Source: Sphaeroforma arctica JP610
Taxonomy: Eukaryota
NCBI RefSeq assembly: GCF_001186125.1
Contig: NW_014040109.1
Span: 1-64,000, forward strand
DNA: 64,000 nt
Reading direction: 5' to 3'
Below, piece by piece: positions 1-12,006 of the stretch. Position 1 is the stretch's first letter; the number at the start of each line of letters is the position of its first letter. The position numbers and the translations under genes were made by a program. The notes under the pieces are model-generated. The model was not told the DNA's origin. It saw nothing but the letters and a program-made list of their open reading frames with translations, and did not search any database.

Positions 1-1125
1 TCTCGTAAGGACTCGTCTGACTAATGCGGCGTGTTCGCCTGTAGTCTTAGAAAAGATGACTATGTCATCTATATAGACTTGTACGTTAGGCATGTCTACA
101 AACATTTCTTCAATTACTTGTTGGAAGAATGCAGGTAAAGAGTGTAAACCGAAAGGTACACCTCTGAACCGGTATTGTTTGCCTTTCCACGTAAAGCTAA
201 AGTATCTACGGTGGGGCTCATATACCTGCATTTGATGGTATCCTTGTGTAAGGTCTATAGTTGTAAACACTGTAGCACCTTCCATCCTTCGCAGTAGCTC
301 GTTAATACTAGGTAAGTGAAAGCTATGAGTCGGCAATGATTTATTTATTGGACTCATATCTAAACATAATCTGACTTTCTTAAACGATCCGTCAGAGTTA
401 TGTTGGTCTACGGCTAGCAGTGCCAAGTTAACTGGCGTTTGTTGATAGTTAATTTCTATCACACCATCTGCTAGCCATTTCTCAACTTGTTCTTTTACAA
501 CAGCCTCGTGTCTCCAGGATACATAGTTCTTCGAGGGACACTTTAACTGTGTAAAGTCTACCTTGGTTAAGTCAAGGCTGACATATCCGTCGTTAAAGCG
601 GAATTTTGCCCAATCTGTGATCTTTATTTTCTTATTAACAAGAATCAGATCCATGATTTTGTCCGCAAAGTCAGGTATTAATGCCTTGACTGTGTCTGAC
701 GGGGGCTTACATGGATTCAGACAGTTATCGTCTGATTGATCCTTTAATGGATCTATGTTAGTTGGTAGACCAGTTATGGTTATACCTAGAGTGAGTAAAT
801 CACTCATTCTGACTATGTACTTCTGTGACATCTTGACTATCACAGCTTGAGTAGTGATACTCCTATCATCGGCCAGGGAGATTTTAATATCTGTGGCGAT
901 AGTATCACACGTAGCAGTTTTATCATCAGCTAAAATAAGGTGAGTTGTTTGTGTTCTCCTTTCGATATCTTTCATTAATGCAAAGCGATCGGATATACAT
1001 GAAATTTCTGAACCAGGATCAATCAACGCAAGGATTTTATTTCCATTGCAATATATAGGGATTAATACACGCTCATCTAAAGAGTTGTTGTATTGTCTGT
1101 GTAATGATTGTACCTGGTAGTACCG
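1..1125 (-). CDS. pol: Retrotransposon pol (aspartic protease + reverse transcriptase), partial, open to window edge
   Basis: Manual translation is stop-free from 1125 to 1. YIDD catalytic motif at about 64-75. PR followed directly by RT is the Gypsy order. Absent from the ORF track because no stop falls inside the window. Confidence 0.9.
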
Positions 1126-2340
1126 TCACTCCAACTTAATGTTGGACTTTAGGTCACAAGACTCAGTGTGATAACCATTGGTCTTCTCACACTTAGTAAG
1201 AAAGTGTGTACAGGTGGATGCATGTCTACCATTTCAATAACCGTTAGGGGTTAACTGGTACATGTCATACCCACACTAGGCGTCGGCACAATTCTTAATC
1301 TCCTTAAATGGAGGTTCTATGTCCTTCGCTCCTGCGCGTGCTCGTTTATTGGATCGCGTGGTTAAAGTGGATTCGCGAGTACGTGTATGTTGGGGTCTCT
1401 CGTTTGAGGTCTGCCTGGATACGTACCCATGATCGATGAGTTTCCGCGGCTTCTTAACAGCCGCTTTTCCCTTCGATGTTACTCGATGTGCGGGAAAAAG
1501 AGTGGATACAGTATTATAATACTGTTCCCATGTAAGTCGGGATAGATGAAACTTTGTTTCATGTCTCTTGTCTCGAGCCTCAGTTGCGTGTTTACGTTGC
1601 AACTCGGTGTACAGGCTCTCACGGTCGTTATTCCCTATGTTCTTACAGAACACGTACATAGCAAGGAATTCGTACCGTCGCTGTGCCTTGTCTTTTGTTA
1701 TATCGGGACGTTTCAGGTCAGCGTCTAACTTCAGAATATAACTCTGAATGGGCGTATTCTCGGCTGGTTCATTTAAAATGGAACTTAGCCCAGGGCTACG
1801 CATATCCTTACTTAACAAGGATATGACCAACCAACACACAGCTGGACAGTCACGACAAGTGTCTAGCTCATGCTGATGTCGCTGCAGGATCAGATAACTG
1901 GTCCCTGTAGGGTCAAATGTCTGCATTAAGGCAGAGATCCATTGCTGGGGAGCGACATCATTCGTCTCCAGCATGACCGTAAACGCATTAAGCGTACGAG
2001 TTAGCGTGTCGAGGTCATGGTTGTTTATAAACTCGACCTGCTTGCTGTTGGCATCCCAGTTCGACTTAAGTCGACTGATCTGTCACTTGTACTTCTGATT
2101 ATCCATGTGGTCTTGTCCACGTTAGGCCTGAAGTAGTTGGTCTATGCGCTTTTGCTTAATCGCAATAGTATTCGCATAGTATGCTACGTCATCAGCATGA
2201 TGCGCAGCATGGGCGACTTCCACTTTATTGGTATAGTCGTCGACAGATTTATTAAGGTCGGTCACCTCGTCAGAGTGGAAATCCTCTGCGGGTTGGTGTA
2301 AAGCCGTGCGGTCGAAGCGATTAAACTCGACATTGTTCAC
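1..2340 (-). mobile_element. Ty3/Gypsy-type LTR retrotransposon gag-pol, decayed in gag; continues beyond the window start
   Basis: One frame on - from about 2340 to 1. It holds a gag-like region with Cys/His clusters (about 1150-1290), protease ALIDPGSEISCI (about 995-1030) and RT motifs KVRLCLD, FTTIDLTQGYHQ, FTWKGKQYRFRGVPFGL, VYIDDIVIFS. In-frame stops at 2122, 2083, 1276, 1234, 1126. No LTR recognised. Confidence 0.92.
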
Positions 2341-2465
2341 ACGTCTGGGGGGATGATTAATATGCCTTGGCGTCGGAATAACATTCCCAGTCTTAACCTA
2401 AAACAGGCTATTGGCATCACGACAATGGTAACTACCGATGGTGTGCTGAAAGCATAAACCAAGCC

Positions 2466-3227
2466 GTGTTCAGCGATCCTACAAACATGGAGGCCAGATA
2501 TCTGGAGGCTGACTGTTTGGAGCAAATTGGCTATGCCAAAGAGAGTGGTATCCGTCAAAACTTCATACTCACAGGCTCCCAAGAGCTTCGCCACGGCAAG
2601 AAGGTGTACCTAGAGTCAGATTTGGACGAATCGTTTTTGTTGGAAATGCCACTTGGGATAATGTTGCAGAGCTTAGAGATCAAAATCGACCCCACCATGG
2701 CCGAACAGTCCGATGGCTTGTCGCTGAATTTGGAGGTGAAGGATACCAACGAGAAGTTCAACATTATCATATCACACGCTGTTCTAATCTCCCCCCCAGT
2801 CGATGTATTACCCACCACTGCCCGTGCTACCATTATCGTTGATAGCAAAAAGGCGATGATAAATGTACTATCCACTGGTGACACTTCAGGTGTGGCTATC
2901 ACAGGCGACAAGGCTGCCTTTGCCGAGCTGATGGGCTGTGTCTCCACTATGTCAGATGGAACCTGGAACATCATTGAACCACGTGAACACTATGTCCCAA
3001 AGCCCCAGGCTACGTATCCCCAATCACAAACTTTGGCATCTACAGCAGAACCAGTCTCTTGCCCTACTAGTGAAGATCTCTCTACAGGTGCTTGGGTGGG
3101 TATTTGCTTTGCTTGTGCCCTGATTGGTGCCTCTTTGGGAGCTATGACGATGAAATGCTTGTCAAAAAACTCAAAGTTTAGCTCAGAATCGACAACTAAA
3201 CTTGACGACATCAGTCAGGTAGAGTAA
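2466..3227 (+). CDS. Uncharacterised protein (or 3' part of one) with a C-terminal transmembrane helix and short basic tail
   Basis: 253-aa ORF; frame open from 2397; first ATG 2487. Ser/Thr/Pro-rich stalk, then GAWVGICFACALIGASLGAMTM, then KCLSKNSK. No family recognised. Confidence 0.55.
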   Translation: MFSDPTNMEARYLEADCLEQIGYAKESGIRQNFILTGSQELRHGKKVYLESDLDESFLLEMPLGIMLQSLEIKIDPTMAEQSDGLSLNLEVKDTNEKFNIIISHAVLISPPVDVLPTTARATIIVDSKKAMINVLSTGDTSGVAITGDKAAFAELMGCVSTMSDGTWNIIEPREHYVPKPQATYPQSQTLASTAEPVSCPTSEDLSTGAWVGICFACALIGASLGAMTMKCLSKNSKFSSESTTKLDDISQVE

Positions 3228-3499
3228 GGCTACATAGTTATTGTTTACCATGTACAGATTTATTACAAAATGCAAGATCGAATGAAATATGTATGACGTA
3301 TTACATAGCCTTCTAAAACAAACGCGTATTATCAATATCATGACGCAACATCGATAACTTTTTATTTGTTTCTAAAAAAACAAATAGTTTTGATTTGAAA
3401 CCATATTACACTTAAATATACAACCATAGTGTGCATACATACTCACAGAGTCATAGTGCGCATGACAAGCATCCTAATCAGCGGGAAATAGGCACTACT

Positions 3500-6400
3500 A
3501 TGCGGTACCACTTTCCAGCTATATGCTGGGTACTCCTGGTGCAACTCCTGTCACGGCGAGTCTTGGCTCAGAATGCGTTGCACATCAATAAACAATCCGA
3601 TCAAGTTCGTTTGAAAGAGGCTACTCAAGATGACGATGTAGCTGCAGACACAAACAATGCTTGCAATTCTGCGGTGGGTGTGCGCAAGGTGGCGGTTATA
3701 GGAGCGGGTATGGGAGGCTCTGCTGCCTCGTACTTTCTGAAGCGCTTACCTGCAACACAAGAAGCAACGCAATCATGTGTAAGTAGAACTGTGTGAAACA
3801 CCACACTTCAGTATTCACTCGTACTTACAACTACCGAATACACCACACTTGAGTATTCATGTACAAGTAGAACTGTGTGATACACCACACTTCAGTATTC
3901 ATGCGTACTTACAACTACCTAATACACCACACTTGAGTATTCATGTGTAAGTAGAACTGTGTGATACACCACACTCGAGTATTCATGCGTACTTACAACT
4001 GCCTAATACACTACACTTGAGTATTCATGTGTGAGTACAACTGTGTGATACACCACACTTGAGTATTCATGCGTACTTGCAACTGCCTAATACACTACTC
4101 TTGAGTATTCATGTGTAAGTAGAACTGTGTGATACACCACACTTGAGTATTCATATGTAAGTATAACTGCGTAATACGCTACACTTGAGTATTCATATGT
4201 AAGTAGAACCGCGTATTACAGCACACTTGAGTATTCATGTGTAAATACAACTGCCTAATACGCCACACTTGAGTATTAATGTGTAAGTAGAACTGTGTAG
4301 TACACTAGACTTGAGTATTCATATGTGGGTAGAACTGTCTAATACACTACACTTGAGTATTCATATGTGAGTAGAACTGCCTAATACACTACACTTGAGT
4401 ATTCATGTGTACTTACAACTGTGTAGTACACTACACTTGAGTATTAATGTGTAAGTAGAACTGTGTGATACACCACACTTCAGTATTCATGCGTACTTAC
4501 AACTACCTAATACACCACACTTGTGTATTCATATGTGGGTAGAATTGTTGAATACACTACACTTGAGTATTCATATGTGAGTAGAACTGCCTAATACACT
4601 ACACTTGAGTATCAATGTGTAAGTATAACTGTGTAGTACACTATACTTGAGTATTCATATGTGGGTAGAACTGCCTAATACACTACACTTGAGTATTAAT
4701 GTGTAAGTACAACTGTGTAGTACACTACACTTGAGTATTCGTATGTATGTAGCATATATGGACAAACCTCTAACAGTCATGATAGGTGTGCTTTCGTGCT
4801 TTCGGAGGTATGTTTGCCATCACAATTAAAGACGAGTTTGTACCCGGTTTCTATATAGCTATTTATCTACGTATATATTCATAGGCATACTAATTAATAT
4901 GCTTTGTTATCTGCAACACGTGCCAGCTTCGTCGTGTAGCTGTGTATGTCCAATAAACAATGGCTTGACCTGTTGCATCAATTTGTGTTCTATGGATCAC
5001 CTGGACTGTACGGTCATGCCTACCCCGAATGTACCTGCTTCTATACAAACTCAATCTGCGCACACATCCGTTCTCTATCATCGTGCGAGCATTTCTTTAA
5101 TGGAGGACTCAGAGATGCATACACACTTTGATTTTCACTTATATTATACATACATGATGTATACTTATACATACTTTGAGGTATACTTATACATACTTTG
5201 ATGTATACTTATACATACTTTGATTTATACTTATACATACTTTGATGGATAGTTATACATACTTTGATGGGTACTTATACATACTTTGAGGTATACTTAT
5301 ACATATACTTTGATGTATACTTGTACATACTTTGATGTATACTTATACATATACTTTGATGTATACTTATACTTACTTTGATGGATACTTATACATACTT
5401 GTGATGGATACTTATACATACTTGTGATGGACTCTTACACATACTTGTGATGGACACTTATACATACTTGTGATGTATACTTATACATACTTGTGATGGA
5501 TACTTATGCATACTTGTGATGTATACTTATACATACTTGAGATGGATACTATACATACTTGTGATGTATACTTATACATACTTGTGATGTATACTTATAC
5601 ATACTTGAGATGGATACTATACATACTTGTGATGTATACTTATACATACTTGTGATGTATACTTATACATACTTTGATTTATACTTATACATACTTTGAT
5701 GGATAGTTATACATACTTTGATGGGTACTTATACATCCTTTGAGGTATACTTATACATATACTTTGATGTATACTTGTACATACTTTGATGTATACTTAT
5801 ACATATACTTTGATGTATACTTATACTTACTTTGATGTATACTTATACATACTTGTGATGTATACTTATACATACTTGTGATGTATACTTATACATACTT
5901 GTGATGTATACTATACATACTTGTGATGTATACTTATACATACTTGTGATGTATACTTATACATATTTGTGATGTATACTTATACAAACCAATAGACTAG
6001 GTCTTCACCGCAGCTAGTGCACACCACTGTATTCGAAGCCACAGACACTATCGGCGGACGTGCGGCGATCAAGGACTTCAATGGCTATCACGTGGAAATA
6101 GGCGGGTCTGTGTTTCATCAGGTGTGTATGATGACTATTATTACATAGATGGGTCTGTGCTTCATCAGGTGTGCATGATGGCTATTACGACATAGATGGG
6201 TCTGTGTTTCATCAGGTGTATATGATGACTATTACTACATAGATGGGTCTGTGTTTCATCAGGTGTGTATGATGACTATTACTACATAGATGGGTCTGTG
6301 TTTCATCAGGTGTGCATGATGGTATGTATGAATTAATCGTATGAGTTGATATGTACGAGTTGATATATACGAGTTAACATGTGTGAGGTAATTTTTATGA

Positions 6401-7616
6401 GGTAAATATTTGTCGTACAATTCAAAATATATACCAATTGATGTACAGAGTAACAGATTCATGATGGCGTGGTGTGATGAGTTTGGCTTAGAGAGGCAGA
6501 AAGGCTTCTCCAGTGATGATGGCTCTGACAGTACCGTGGGTGTCTGGGATGGCGATACAGGTTCCTTCCTCTTTAGAACATCCGAGGTAAGTCCAAGTAC
6601 ATGTTATATTTAGAGATACACACTCCTTTCACTTTGGAACATCCGAGGTAAGTCCACGTACATGTTATATATAGAGATACAGACTCCTTTCACCTTATAA
6701 CATCCGAGGTAAGTCTACGTACATGTTATAAATGAAGATACATACTTCTTTCACTTTAGAACGTCGGAGATCTATCTTCTGTATCAAAGTACATAACATT
6801 ATACTATCTATCTCCGTCTCCGTCTCAGTTTCAGTCTCAGTCTCAGTCTCAGTCTCAGTTGCAGTCTCAGTTGAAGTTGCGGTGTATTCTTCTGCGCAGA
6901 GTTGACTGTATTGTAAGTGGCGACTTGTCTCATTTGCGTCGTTGGCTGTTTAATATCAGTAGTACGGCATTGCGACCTGTGATATTCTTAGACAACCCCA
7001 CACTTATATCTAACAGATATATTAACGCGTATATAAACAATACATATATTAGTACATTAACACATACTTTAATATATATATATTATTATATTAGCACATA
7101 TGTTAATATATTATCACATATATTGTCACCATATACTAATTCATATAATAATACAATATCACATATACTAATACTTATATTGAATACATAGATTCATATA
7201 TTAGCACTTGTATTAGCACATATGAGCACATCAACACGTATATAACACACGTTAACACAATTATTGTGATAATAGTCACCAATTTTAACAATAATACTGA
7301 TCTTACTTCCCTTTCAATGGGTCCTTTGCGTTTTCGGCTGCAGTGGAAGGTCGTTACTATGGCACGTGTACTCTGGAGATACGGATTGAGTCCTTTGCGG
7401 ATGCAAAATTTAGCGGAAGCTACGGGTGACCTCTTCGGAAAGGTACTCTTATATATATGTGTGTGTGTGTGCGTGATGTATGTATGTATGTATGTATGTA
7501 TATGTGTGTGTATCTATGTTGTGTATGAATGTATATATGTATGTATGCACACCTGCACATATACATACATACAAATATGCATACACACATACATACATAT
7601 ATATATATATGTATAT

Positions 7617-7709
<93 letters not shown>

Positions 7710-8257
7710 NNNNNNNNNNNNNNNNNNNNNNNNNNNNNNNNNNNNNNNNNNNNNNNNNNNNNNNNNNNNNNNNNNNNNNNNNNNNNNNNNNNNNNNNNNN
7801 NNNNNNNNNNNNNNNNNNNNNNNNNNNNNNNNNNNNNNNNNNNNNNNNNNNNNNNNNNNNNNNNNNNNNNNNNNNNNNNNNNNNNNNNNNNNNNNNNNNN
7901 NNNNNNNNNNNNNNNNNNNNNNNNNNNNNNNNNNNNNNNNNNNNNNNNNNNNNNNNNNNNNNNNNNNNNNNNNNNNNNNNNNNNNNNNNNNNNNNNNNNN
8001 NNNNNNNNNNNNNNNNNNNNNNNNNNNNNNNNNNNNNNNNNNNNNNNNNNNNNNNNNNNNNNNNNNNNNNNNNNNNNNNNNNNNNNNNNNNNNNNNNNNN
8101 NNNNNNNNNNNNNNNNNNNNNNNNNNNNNNNNNNNNNNNNNNNNNNNNNNNNNNNNNNNNNNNNNNNNNNNNNNNNNNNNNNNNNNNNNNNNNNNNNNNN
8201 NNNNNNNNNNNNNNNNNNNNNNNNNNNNNCTAATAACTACTAATACTACTACGTACG

Positions 8258-8313
<56 letters not shown>

Positions 8314-11300
8314 GGCGTGCGTGTGTTTGTGTCTTTGCCAATGTCCGTGCCTGTTTATGTGTTTTTACACATGTCTATGTATATGTACCTGCCTGTGTCT
8401 ATATGTGTGTTTATGTATATATCTGTACCTGTGTCTGTGTCTCGTCGTACGTCTGTTAGTGTGTATACCTACATATGTTTCCATCCACTTGAACGCATTG
8501 ATAAACGTACGCCATTGTTTTGTTTCTCCTCTCCACTGTCAGTTGTATTCGGGACTACCTTGGACTACACTCTCTGGCGCACTAGAAAAAACGGGGTTAG
8601 CTTCGTACATAACCGTAAGTAGCACTAACCCGAAACAGTTTGTCAGCGTAGTGTGTATACCATATATACACATGTATTCTACATACATATACCATTTGTA
8701 GTGCTCATATATGTAGTGTAGTGAGTGTGGTAGTTTTGTCGAATTTGTATATCATCTATACACATTTGTATCACATATAGATAACATTAGTAGTATTCAT
8801 ATACGTAGTATATAATTGTGTATGACATATATACACATCTATATTGCATATTATAACAGTATAAGTAGCATAGTAGTGTTTATATCATATACACACATGT
8901 ATATTACATATATATAGCATTAGTATTGCTATATTTATAGTACAGTCTGTTCAGTAGTTATGTGAAATGTGTATTCCCAATGCATGCACGTCGACATCAA
9001 ACGTATCTCAAACGTGGTCTTTCCGGCTTATGTAGCAACGCTCGCCTTGTGCGTCATGCTGGTTGGTGCGAGTATTATGCAGAATATTTATGACAGCCGT
9101 ATCATTGCTCCAGTAATATTAACTTATGTCAGTGTGTAGGTGTTCCTGTAGAATCCCTTGTCAATGTATAGGTGTTCCCGTAGAATCCCTTGTCAATGTA
9201 TAGGTGTTTCCGTAGAATCCCTTGTCAATGTATAGGTGCTCCCGTAGAATCCCTTGTCAGTGTATAGGTGTTCCTGTAGAATCCCTTGTCAGTGTATAGG
9301 TGTTCCCGTACAATACCTTGTCAGTGTATAGATTCTACTGTATTTCCGCATAGCGATCTCAAGCATCGCAGTTACCACGGGAATGATGGTGCAGGCACAC
9401 CTTTCACTGGTATCACCCCGTCGTACATACATGTACATGCAATTGTCAGATTACATGTCGTATGTACTTGTGTTACACGCCTTCCTGTCCATTTCCTTTT
9501 GTTTAGCAAAACGTGTGATGATTAGATGTGGCTGGGTAGGTTGTAGCCTGCAAATGCGCTGGTAGCGTCTACCTACAGGGTGTCGTATGCTCTAGTAGCG
9601 TCTACGTACAGGGTGTCGTATGCTCTGGTAGCGTCTACCTACAGGGTGTCGTACGCTCTGGTAGCGTCTATGTACAGGGTGTCGTATGCTCTGGTGGCGT
9701 CTACCTACAGGGTGTCGTATGCTCTGGTAGCGTCTACGTACAGGGTGTCGTACGCACTGGTAGCGTCTACCTACAGGGTGTCGTACGCTCTGGTAGCGTC
9801 TACCTACAGGGTGTCGTATGCTCTGGCAGCGTCTACCTACAGGGTGTCGTATGCTCTGCATCGTACGCTCACTGTCCGTCATACGATGATGAAAGTCCCA
9901 TATGCGTCAGCGTGCAACGCTTTCGTACGATCCTCGTTGGCGTGATCGTGGGCTGAGTTGTCATCCTCAGGTTTATACCGCCTTGTTGCAACTGAATTTG
10001 TTGCTTGAATGCACGCACACGCACTGAACTTACTCACTGACTGACTAGCTGAGCTTGTCCGACTAAACGCAGAATACGATAAATCGTTTATGGTACCGTT
10101 AACAATGATGTCTTAACTAGGTCATGGTAGCCCTACCGCGTTTGTCTCAGAGAGTCCTTACCACTTGCGCTGTACGAACGCGGTCATTCTTCATGATACC
10201 GTTAACAATGATGTCTTAACTAGGTCATGGTAGCCCTACCGCGTTTGCCTCAGAGAGTCTTACCACTTGCGCTATACGAACCGTTCGCTTATCGAGACGT
10301 GCACCGTTTTTATTGACATGCTTAGAAGCGTAAGTAGCCTTGGTTATCTACATCGCTTGTGCCGTTGCTCACTCACTAGACATGAGTGTACTCGATGTTT
10401 GCGATTCCGATGCCGTACGAAATACAGAATGGTCGTCTATCCGTTAACTACGCAGCATGTGCTAAATTACCTATGTTCGACACATGTGCTGATGAGCTTG
10501 TCCCAATTCGTATACTAAATAGTTTGCGACCTTGAATTGTATGTCGTTTATAGAGCAAGATGTCGTCATAAAACCCGGGGGGGGGGGGGCAAGTAAAAAG
10601 TCTAAATCTGCAGCAATTAATGGTTCAAGGCATCTCCAACACTATGCCGACAAGAGCACTCCTATCCACCCCTACATCATACAAGCTATTAAGCTGAAGA
10701 GCACTGCACACACATCGAGCAAGCTTCTACTCTTAGATCCGGCATTGTCACATTTCTTGCGATGTAAAATCGTGTAGTGAATTCGGCGCAGAGAAAGTTA
10801 ACGTCTCTAATATGCACCAATTGTATAATCGGTGTTGTAAATTGATCAATTCAAATGTATAAACGGTGTCGTAAATTGAGAGTGAACTGTCGATGAGACA
10901 CTTCTTAATCGCACACTCTCTTTCTATCCCCACATTGACTCCATAGCCACGTGCGTGTCTGGAGTGTCATACGTATTCAAAACGTGATCGCGTACTCGAC
11001 CAATCTATTTTTAGAGCACAAGATCTTGGTAATTGTCACATATTCTGCTGTATCAGACCATGGCACAGAAATGGCCTCCAGTTCAAGTAGATATCAAGAC
11101 ACATGCTCGATGTGAGTATTACTACGAAGATGTTGGACATATTCGCGCCGAATCAGGTCGGAGATGTACGACATTGTGGTATACTAAGTACTTTGCCGTA
11201 AACTGAGCAATTTGTGGTACACTATTTTGCCTACTCTACTACTTTAGTGTACTTACTGTACTGTACTGTACCTACTTTGGTGCACTTACTGTACTGTACT

Positions 11301-11961
11301 GTACCTACTTTAGTGTACTTACTGTACTGTACCGTACCTACTCTAGTGTACTTACTGTACTGTACTGTACCTACTTTAGTGTACTTACTATACTGTACTG
11401 TACTGTTCCTACTATACTGTACCTACTCTTCTCTACTACTAAACCTACTTTACTGTGCCTACTCTCTGCACTAGACCATGGCGCAGGAGTGGCTGCCTGG
11501 GCAAGGCATCTCAAAGACGTACGCCGATGAGATCTTGACTGGAATAGTTCGCAACACATACGGACAGAACCTGTCCATGCATACGCTGGGTCTGTTGGTC
11601 TCTGCCATTGGAAGTGACTCCAATCTGTACTCTGGTAGGTACATATGTGCACTGTGGTCTCACACATGCCTGCGTACGTACAAAGCCATGTGCATGGTGT
11701 TGTGTTGGGCGCAACACTTTGGGAAGGAGAGATTGCCCACGCACTCGGTGGGACTGTCATCGGCTGCCATTGAGATTGAGTAAGCGGCAAACTCTGTGCA
11801 CGGATACACATACTCATATATCTGAGCATAGTACTCGTACACATATAGACATCCTCCCTACTACGGCATGCATATACACACTAACACGTACGTATTTACA
11901 TGCCCACTCATGGACACGGATACACACACATTCGCAAAAAAAATTGCGTATACTCAAGACA

Positions 11962-12006
<45 letters not shown>

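Noticed and set aside
2466..3227. env gene of the Gypsy element
   Set aside because: It lies upstream of gag on the opposite strand, with no signal peptide or furin site seen.
7266..8622. Long ORFs rich in YI/CV/X (also 21113-23877 and 49562-49960)
   Set aside because: Artefacts of (TA)n/(TG)n microsatellites and N gaps; only the embedded short exons are real.
9580..9945. Repeat-protein ORFs such as ([11 protein letters not shown])n (also 15069-15434 and 16000-16541)
   Set aside because: Translations of 33-bp intronic minisatellites, often open in several frames, with no supporting gene structure.
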